Source: Amoebophrya sp. A120
Taxonomy: Eukaryota > Protista > Dinoflagellata
Length of the DNA stretch: 12,084 nucleotides
Assembly: GCA_905178155.1 (NCBI GenBank)
Contig: CAJINV010000009.1
Location: 3,621,956-3,634,039, forward strand
Direction: 5' to 3'
Of the stretch, positions 1-8,126 are shown in pieces (the first letter of the stretch is position 1; each line of letters starts with the position of its first letter). Position numbers and translations under genes: made by a program. The notes under the pieces were generated by a model that saw only the letters and a list, made by a program, of their open reading frames with translations, had not been told where the DNA came from and did not search any database.

Positions 1-69
1 AGGCACATGCAAGGATGACCATGCAGCATTTTTACAAGTTTCCAGACCCAGCCATGTTTGCAATGCACA
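1..69. mobile_element. Right end of the same TIR element in duplication copy 1 (truncated by the window)
   Basis: Identical to 5232-5300. Right TIR at 39-69 followed by GGGGT at 70-74. Confidence 0.85.
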
Positions 70-70
70 G

Positions 71-1192
71 GGGTTGCCTCGCGAAGTTTCTCGTCCCGAC
101 TTGCGCCGTCTTTGCTTGGCAAGGGTGCGACGAAGGTGGCCCGGTCTGCATGGCTATTCTTTGTGGTTGCTTCTACACCCTGCTCTGCTGGAAGCCTGCG
201 CCGGAGCAAAAAATTTGGGAGGCCGACGCTACCAAGGCGAAAAAAGTCTTGTTATCCATAGAGTGAAATAAAACGTGTCGCCCGTCACGTCGACCCCAGA
301 GTCAGTTCTTGTCACGCACATCTGCATTTTTATACTTAACCTATTGGCCCGTGGTGTTGGGGTGATGGTCCTGGTCGTGTCCAACACACACGATAATGCT
401 GTTGATGCGGAGCCCTCTGGGAAGAGTTATTGTCTATTGCTGATGTTTTTGGAATTTCAATTTGCGATGCTCGAATCAGCATGAGATGCCAGATCTGTGA
501 TGCGGATTCTTCGCTAGCTATTAAGTACTTAAGAAGCACGATTTCTGTGGAGCTGCGAGCTCAAAGAATGAACTTGCCGTGCGCGGCGGTAACTACAGCT
601 AATATGCTTGTTCATTTCTTTGATGTCTCGTCCTCGTGCCAGATCAACATGTTGACAACAACAACTCTGGGACCCCCGCGGCGTGGGCTTTGTTTTATTT
701 GGCCTCAGGATATTGGTGCTGCGGATGCCACCCGCTGGATAAGTGCTGCAGGTTCTGGTTTCCGTTCACGGCTATCGCCTCCTGGCAAGGGTGTGACGTA
801 ATTCTCGACTTCATTCTCGCATTCGTCGTACCGTGCTACGCATGCTGCTGCTGGCAGCCGCGCCCCACGCAGAAGATTTGGGGGGCGGGGGCTGGAGCCC
901 CGGTCGTCGGACAACCGCAGGTATACATATTTAAAACGTACGCACGCAAGTGTAATGCCAGTAATAAGCTTTTGCTTTACAAGAACTTGTACTTGAACTA
1001 CACAAAGTCAAAGCAAGTGTCTACTTGCTCGCGTCGTCGACGTCGTGAAGAATGAAGTAAGAAGAAGAACGTACGAAAGATGAAGAATGAGTTCCGATTT
1101 GGCTATAGAAAAAAATTAAAATGCACATAATCTTGTTGTTGATGTTGTTTCAGGCGGCCGAAACTACTCCGCTGACTGCCGACCCGGAGTAA
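71..1192 (+). CDS. Cys-rich membrane protein gene, copy 1 (5' exon outside the window)
   Basis: Exon from 71 (module 1), exon ~709-920 (module 2), GT-AG intron 921-1153, last exon 1154-1192 (AAETTPLTADPE*). The three substitutions vs copy 2 in module 1 (ATT/ATC, TAC/TAT, CTC/CTT) are all synonymous in this frame. Confidence 0.65.
921..1153 (+). other. Canonical GT-AG intron (paralogous intron at 6091-6317)
   Basis: CAG|GTATAC donor and TTGTTGATGTTGTTTCAG| acceptor, phase 0, giving a short open terminal exon in both copies. Confidence 0.65.
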
Positions 1193-1717
1193 TTGGAGGA
1201 CGAGTACTTCTAACCCGGGCTCGCCGCGGAGGACTGAAGATTTGTTAGTAGTTGGAGCACAATACATTGAGTCGGACAGGCTGCGCGGAAATGTGTGAAT
1301 TACATGCTTGTTTTGCGCCAGTTTCTGTTTTTTTCGACTGAAAATTAGCAACGTAGGCGTAAGTACGACGTCTGGAGTTTCATTTGATGTCGTGTATTTG
1401 AATTTGACCCTAAAGATGAAATTATACTTCACCCCCTTGATTAGCTTCAGCAAGACGAAACTCGATAATCGTTTGTGACTTGATATTCCATTTCCTAGTC
1501 CCAGAAAAAAACAAAAAGCGCGATGTTGTAACCCATCATCGAACTTTTGACGCCATGCCCAGGCACGGAAAGAAAGGAAGAACCTCCCATCATAAACAAT
1601 TACAAGAAAAAAAATTCTATTTTCGTCACCAGTTCACGTTTTACTTTTATTCTGCTTGTGCGTGAAGTAGATCCGACCTGATAGCAGGTCCGGGCAGCTG
1701 CACGCACAACCCCCCTA

Positions 1718-2193
1718 CTAGAGCAGATCGCGACACGATACTAGATTCTGAATAGATTTAGATACTACTTCGAGGGATCCCCGGGAATAAGTATATCTAA
1801 GACCTATCATAGATGACAAGATTCGAATCGTATTAGTAGTGTGAAGACGAAAGAATTTGCAACGCATTTGTTCTTCATCAGTCTGCCACTTCTTGTGCGT
1901 ATCACAAACGACCTGCACGCGCAAAGTGAGTGAAAAGGCAAATACTTGTTCATAATCCTTGTCTTCGTGCACAAAAATGAAGGGAGCTCCCACCGCCTGC
2001 TCCACTGAAGCTTGTAGTTCGAAAGATTTGTAGAGCCCCGCATGGAGGTGGTCGTTATCCTTCGATTCTTTTGCGGCTATCAAAAAACCGAGCGAGGAGG
2101 AGAGAACAAAAGCAGGGTAGCCCGGTGCTCGTTTAATATCGTTCTCATGATCTTCATGAAGCTGCATTGAAATTAGAACTAGTTCGTCTCCAC
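1718..2193 (-). CDS. Possible terminal exon of an unknown minus-strand gene (also 6900-7375)
   Basis: Longest ORF in the window, open in both copies. The one substitution I saw is synonymous (CGT/CGA). A TTGCAG| acceptor lies at the duplication end. No recognisable homology. Confidence 0.22.
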
Positions 2194-2879
2194 CTGCAAT
2201 CTTTTTGAAAAAAGTTGCTCTACGACGAAACTTCCAAATATTTACTGGCCATAAATATTTTGCAGCTTTTAAGTAGGGGGAGTGGTAACACACTCTCGGT
2301 GTCGTGTTATGCCCATCGTTCGCAGCAATAGCATCGCGCTACGATTTCGGTTGTTGCTCGTGCGCTCTTCGGTGCTCACCTTGCAGCGAGGAAGCTTTAG
2401 CATTAGCCTCGTGATTCGAAAGACAAGAAGGAAAGAAGTAGAAGAAGAAGAGGAAGAGGAAGCTGTTTGTGACAACATGCTGCTATCTTTTCTTCAGGTG
2501 CTGTAAGTAAGGAAAAACAAAAGCAACACGCATCCCGAAAACCAGTCGGCTTTTGCTGTATACCATCGATGTTCGCGCGCTAAGAGGAGGAATGCTCAAA
2601 ATTCGCCATGATTGCTGAAGTAAATCGATGGCTTCTATTCGATCGTCTGTTTTCAAAAATGTTAATCGTTACTTCAACAGGCAAATTATTGCACTTCAAC
2701 ATAGTTGCTTTTTACTAGCTGTGGTCGACAAGAAATATCGTCGGATCAATGCATCTAAGCTCTGTTGATCCAGTTCCAGCAGGAGATCACTTTGTTGATC
2801 TTCGTGTCGGTTTTACGTACTCAATGCATGTGCAACTGAGTCAAAGATTATCCAGCTGTATCTCTGTTCAATAGATAAT

Positions 2880-3370
2880 TTTATGTCAACATCCCTTGAC
2901 TTTTTTGAATATAAACTTCTGCTTGCTCCTTCAGCTTCGTCCACATGCCTCTCTTCGGTTCTTTCTTTCTGTGCTCTGCTTCCTCGAGAGATTTTTAGTC
3001 CATGTATCGACTTACGCATGCTCATCGCTCGTGATTCTCGTTTTGCATTTTCTCGCATTCTGTCCTCATGTCTTCCTCGGTTTTTCATTTCTATTTTCTA
3101 GTTTGTCATGCTATTTTCGATCCTCTCGCTCTCCTTATTTTTAGATCTCGCTACCTCGTGTGACTCGACGTGCTTGTATCGATCTATGCTTGTTTCTCGA
3201 CTGTTCTTTGTTTCGATTTGCAGGTATTTTCAGCTCTATCTTCGCTCTCGATCTTGGCTATGCATTTTTCGATCTCGACCTCGATGGATCTCGTTCTCGA
3301 TTTTCGCGCCCCGAGTGAGCTTCATCTTTCTTGCGTTCTTCCTTTTCCTCTTCTTCTATTCTCTTTCCTT
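2880..3370. repeat. Pyrimidine-skewed low-complexity tract with degenerate TCTCGA/TCGATC units
   Basis: Strong T/C bias on + strand with repeated TTTTCGATC, CTCTCGATCT and GATCTCG words, densest at 3115-3305. Confidence 0.55.
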
Positions 3371-4226
3371 GAAGCACGTTGTTTTCGTGGTTTTGTGGTC
3401 GGTGAGCCGGTACCCCTGTCCGCCATAAAAATCTATGACACGACAAACAAGCGAGCACTCCCGTACATTGTCTCTTTCCTCTGCTTCATAGGGCAGTGAG
3501 ACTGTGTTCGGTGAGACGGCAGGGGCTGTAGTGCTTTCCCTCCTCCTTCGGTCCCGAGTGAGTTTCGGTGCGTAGTTTTGTGTTGCGAGTGAACCTGAGC
3601 TGTCCAAATTCCTGTTTCTGTTCTCATGCAAAATGTCATTTGCATGCTCGACAAAATTCAATTTTATGTGTCACAACGAATAAGTACCCGCCGGGCGGTG
3701 AACAAGCCGAAGGCACTCCCAGGGTAGAATAGTTGTTGTACGAAGAGCATGATAGATCACCCCCAGGAGGTATAATGAAGTTGTGATTTTCAGTTTGTTC
3801 TTCTTGCGCCTGTACATGTAGCTGAGCATGAACGTATTTGCATATGCATGATTCGAGGCCGTTCGTTGATGCCGTCAAGACTTTTTCTGAAAATTTCTAT
3901 CCGAATCGTTCGTTGATTCGAGTCGGTCAACACACATGTCATCTTCGTTCACCTCGTGCTGATGAAATCGTTCACCCTTCCAGCACTGCATCTCTGTAGT
4001 TGTAAAAATCTCGGTAGTTGTATGGAAGCGTCAGGTTTGAAATCGTCAAAGTTGAAATAATCTGTAAGGCATAAAATGCATGACCCGAGGCGCGTGTGTT
4101 GCAGAGCAGGCAAGTGAGGCCGATTGTAAGCCTGTTTGGGGTTACAGCTCGAGGTGCTAAAGTAGCATGAGAAAATCGCTCTTCTTTGCCTAAATAGCAT
4201 GACAGACTGGATCTAGGGACCGCCGA

Positions 4227-4289
4227 AATTTGTCATGCGCCACTTGGAAACTGGGTTCCAACTGGCATCCATTTTATGCATGACAAATT
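4227..4289. repeat. Nested inverted repeat (hairpin)
   Basis: AATTTGTCATGC (4227-4238) pairs with GCATGACAAATT (4278-4289). Inner GCCACTTGGAA (4239-4249) pairs with TTCCAACTGGC (4256-4266) with one mismatch. Confidence 0.8.
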
Positions 4290-4960
4290 ATTTGAACTTT
4301 GTCGATTTCAACTCTGACACATCCATAAGTTGTGAAAAAATTGATTTTAGTTATTTTGCGCTACAGCCCTCACGTTTTTGTTTCCTTTCAGTTTCATAAA
4401 CGGCGTATAATTTATTTTCATCGTCCGCGACGCTCTCAGACGTTGGCTCCTGGTCCTCCTGCTGTCGTCATCTTCAGGCGATTTATTTTACTCGTACACA
4501 CAGCAGAGGTTCAGGAGAAACTACAACTTCTAGTACCTCTTCACCTGCTCGGTTTTCGTCCTGCTTTATTCCGTGCAAAAGAATATTCAAGACTCGTCGT
4601 ACTCCCCTCATCTCTGCGAACTTGTCGTTTTATTTCGTTTTTCTGCGAAAGCTCTCATGATAGACATAGTCAACAGCAAAATGATGCTCTTCTTCATCAC
4701 AACTCAGACTCAGGATAATAAATTCGTTGAGCTCGTCCACCTCTACTACCTTGTAGACCTGTTGTGCCCCGCACTCTCCTCCACCTCTCTCAACAGACAT
4801 CGGAACTCGAGAAGTAGTTTTTCGAACCATCATCTCTCGCAGAAAAGTAGAAAGAAAGCTCTTGCACGTGTAGCAAGACAAATAGTTCTGTGTTCCGTTT
4901 TCTGCATCACAAGTTCAACGCAGTTGTTTCTTGCGGTAGAGTTAGGCAAAAAAATACAAA

Positions 4961-6374
4961 ATGCCGACCACCCCGAACGAGTCCGTTGACCCCCGGGGTT
5001 ATCCACTGCACATATGTCTGGGTCTGGAAATAGGTTGAACCTGTATAATAATTGCGTGTCTCGCATTTATTTTCCTGCAAAATCTGCATTTTTGCAAAAA
5101 AAGCAGCACCAAAGGCGCCACGCTACTTCCGTCATGCTCTTGCAAAGTCGCAGTTTGCAACAATGCGTGCTGTTGTGTATGAGAAAGCGACTGAAAATGA
5201 ATTTGTCATGCTTTCCTGCAGTTAAACTTAAAGGCACATGCAAGGATGACCATGCAGCATTTTTACAAGTTTCCAGACCCAGCCATGTTTGCAATGCACA
5301 GGGGTTGCCTCGCGAAGTTTCTCGTCCCGACTTGCGCCGTCTTTGCTTGGCAAGGGTGCGACGAAGGTGGCCCGGTCTGCATGGCTATCCTTTGTGGTTG
5401 CTTCTATACCCTGCTTTGCTGGAAGCCTGCGCCGGAGCAAAAAATTTGGGAGGCCGACGCTACCAAGGCGAAAAAAGTCTTGTTATCCATAGAGTGAAAT
5501 AAAACGTGTCGCCCGCCACGTCGACCCCAGAGTCAGTTCTTGTCACGCACATCTGCATTATGCTTAACCTATTGGCCCGGGGTGTTCGGGCGATGGTGGT
5601 CCTCGTCGTGTCCACCACACGATAATGCTGTTGTTGCGGAGCCTCATGGCGAAAGAGTTATTTTCTATTCGCTGTTTTTGGAATTTCAATTTGCGATGCT
5701 CGAATCAGCATGAGATGCTAGATCTGTGATGCGGATTCTTTGCTAGCCATTAAGAAACACGACTGTGCAGCTGCGAGCCCAAAGAATGAACTTGCCGCGC
5801 GCGGCGGCAACGAGGTACATGTTGACAACAACAACCCTGGGGCCGCGGCGTGGGCCGCTTTGTTTTATTTGGCCTCAGGATATTGGTGCTGCGGATGCCA
5901 CCCGCTGGATAAGTGCTGCAGGTTCTGGTTTCCGTTCACGGCTATCGCCTCCTGGCAAGGGTGTGACGTATTTCTCGACTTCATTCTCGCATTCGTCGTA
6001 CCGTGCTACGCATGCTGCTGCTGGCAGCCGCGCCCCACGCAGAAGATTTGGGGGGCGGGGGCTGGAGCCCCGGTCGTCGGACAACCGCAGGTATACATAT
6101 TTAAAACGTACGCACGCAAGTGTAATGCCAGTAATAAGCTTTTGCTTTACAAGAACTTGTACTTGAACTACACAAAGTCAAAGCAAGTGTCTACTTGCTC
6201 GCGTCGTCGACGTCGTGAAGAATGAAGTAAGAAGAAGAACGTACGAAAGATGAAGCATGAGTTCCGATTTGGCTATAGAAAAAAATGCACATAATCTTGT
6301 TGTTGATGTTGTTTCAGGCGGCCGAAACTACTCCGCTGACTGCGGAGGAGTTTACTTGTTCTAACCCGGAGTAA
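4961..6374 (+). CDS. Small Cys-rich membrane protein gene with two homologous modules (copy 2); unknown function
   Basis: ATG 4961 after an A-rich leader. Exon 4961-4995, then the introner, then an exon from 5302 (GCLAKFLVPTCAVFAWQGCD...CWKPAPEQKIW). Exon ~5879-6090 (YWCCGCHPLDKCCRFWFPFTAIASWQGCD...CWQPRPTQKIWGAGAGAPVVGQPQ), phase-0 GT-AG intron 6091-6317, last exon 6318-6374 (AAETTPLTAEEFTCSNPE*). The junction between the two modules is unresolved; these could be two tandem genes with the first stopping at 5497. Confidence 0.65.
5000..5300. mobile_element. MITE-like TIR element, probable introner (non-canonical intron) in the Cys-rich gene
   Basis: Left TIR 5000-5030 TATCCACTGCACATATGTCTGGGTCTGGAAA vs reverse complement of 5270-5300 TGTGCATTGCAAACATGGCTGGGTCTGGAAA (25/31). 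Flanked by direct repeat GGGGT (4995-4999, 5301-5305). Removing 306 nt joins MPTTPNESVDPRG to CLAKFLVP in frame. Confidence 0.85.
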
Positions 6375-7381
6375 TTGGAGGACGAGTACTTGTTCTAACC
6401 CGGGCTCGCCGCGGACTGAAGATTTATTAGTAGTTGGAGCACAATACATTGAGTCGGACAGGCTGCGCGGAAATGTGTGAATTACATGCTTGTTTTGCGC
6501 CAGTTTCTGTTTTTTTCGACTGAAAATTAGCAACGTAGGCGTAAGTACGACGTCTGGAGTTTCATTTGATGTCGTGTATTTGAATTTGACCCTAAAGATG
6601 AAATTATACTTCACCCCCTTGATTAGCTTCAGCAAGACGAAACTCGATAATCGTTTGTGACTTGATATTCCATTTCCTAGTCCCAGAAAAAAACAAAAAG
6701 CGCGATGTTGTAACCCATCATCGAACTTTTGACGCCATGCCCAGGCACGGAAAGAAAGGAAGAACCTCCCATCATAAACAATTACAAGAAAAAAAATTCT
6801 ATTTTCGTCACCAGTTCACGTTTTACTTTTATTCTGCTTGTGCGTGAAGTAGATCCGACCTGATAGCAGGTCCGGGCAGCTGCACGCACAACCCCCCTAC
6901 TAGAGCAGATCGCGACACGATACTAGATTCTGAATAGATTTAGATACTACTTCGAGGGATCCCCGGGAATAAGTATATCTAAGACCTATCATAGATGACA
7001 AGATTCGAATCGTATTAGTAGTGTGAAGACGAAAGAATTTGCATCGCATTTGTTCTTCATCAGTCTGCCACTTCTTGTGCGTATCACAAACGACCTGCAC
7101 GCGCAAAGTGAGTGAAAAGGCAAATACTTGTTCATAATCCTTGTCTTCGTGCACAAAAATGAAGGGAGCTCCCACCGCCTGCTCCACTGAAGCTTGTAGT
7201 TCGAAAGATTTGTAGAGCCCCGCATGGAGGTGGTCGTTATCCTTCGATTCTTTTGCGGCTATCAAAAAACCGAGCGAGGAGGAGAGAACAAAAGCAGGGT
7301 AGCCCGGTGCTCGTTTAATATCGTTCTCATGATCTTCATGAAGCTGCATTGAAATTAGAACTAGTTCGTCTCCACCTGCAA
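5232..7381 (+). repeat. Direct segmental duplication, copy 2 (true left boundary unknown)
   Basis: Matches 1-2199 with the offset shifting from 5231 to 5182. Paired ORF translations are identical or nearly so (15..266 vs 5246..5497; 1480..1665 vs 6662..6847). Confidence 0.97.
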
Positions 7382-8126
7382 CTACGTGCCTCGACGCTCG
7401 ATGCTGTATGCTTCCCCAGCCACCGTGCCTGGATGTTAACGAAAAACAAAGCGTCTACTCGGAAATCGTGGCAAGATGAGGTCGCGCTGGATGCAGTGAA
7501 TGAAAAGCACAAGAACCAGAAACTGTTTTAAAAAAAGCAATAGAAATACTAGTCCATGGCCCCGAGATCGAGAACTACTACGTCTGCACTCCGTCCTTTT
7601 CCATCACACGCCAGGAGTCGTGTTGATGTACATCAATGCACGAAAAGCGCTCCCGGTATTTACTCAACTAGTCTCGTGCACTCCAAAAAAAATCCTACCC
7701 TCGTTCTCAAGAAGTGATACGACTTTTCGTATAATACGTTCGAACAAGTACAGCACAGCAAAGAATAAACTAGCTTCGTGAAAATTTTTACATTCGAGTT
7801 GTATGTTGTTTGTGGGTCGTCTCCGTCTCGTCGCGTGAACTACAAGAGAGCAGTGCCATTCTTGCCTCGTTCTCGAAAGAAAAAAACAAGCGCCTAGCTG
7901 CTCCTTGACTTCTAGTACATCAAGAAATCCGTCGTTTCAAAAAACTATCAACCTCCACAGCCCAGGACGTTTTTTAAACCAAAAAGAAACTACGACTTCT
8001 CGCACTCTCTACTCTCCTCGACAAGAAAAAGTACTCGGTCTTTAGGGAGTTGCTGTCCCAAAAGAATTTTAAACTTCTTGTTGGAACTTCTACATCCAAC
8101 GTCAACGAAGTACGAATCGACAGAAA

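Larger units (their letters stand above)
1..2199 (+). repeat. Direct segmental duplication, copy 1 (runs off the left edge)
   Basis: Position 1 aligns to 5232 (AGGCACATGCAAGGATGACC). Identity continues to ...CTCCACCTGCAA at 2199/7381 and then stops. Near-identical except an indel-rich patch at ~325-690 and small indels at ~1110-1235. Confidence 0.97.

Noticed and set aside
15-69. N-terminus MTMQHFYKFPDPAMFAMH of ORFs 15..266 and 5246..5497, and similar PDPD/PRH peptides in ORFs 4830..5066, 8952..9164, 9097..9285 and 9309..9494
   Set aside because: These are translations of the shared TIR, not a conserved protein motif.
1103-1453. Minus-strand ORF kept open by four indels that are all multiples of 3
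   Set aside because: The 18-nt indel is explained by the plus-strand last exon. The others are slippage in GTT, GGA and poly-A runs. No ATG start and no protein-like features.
1674-1721. GACCTG-ATAG-CAGGTC hairpin followed by CTAG as a Helitron 3' end
   Set aside because: The hairpin-to-CTAG spacing is too long, CTAG is followed by A and not T, and the site is not at a duplication boundary.
2423-2462. Poly-Glu or poly-Ser ORFs
   Set aside because: Products of a GAA/GAG purine microsatellite with no other coding support.
2813-3458. SR/RD-rich protein on the minus strand
   Set aside because: The frames are broken by stops and the composition is explained by low-complexity sequence.
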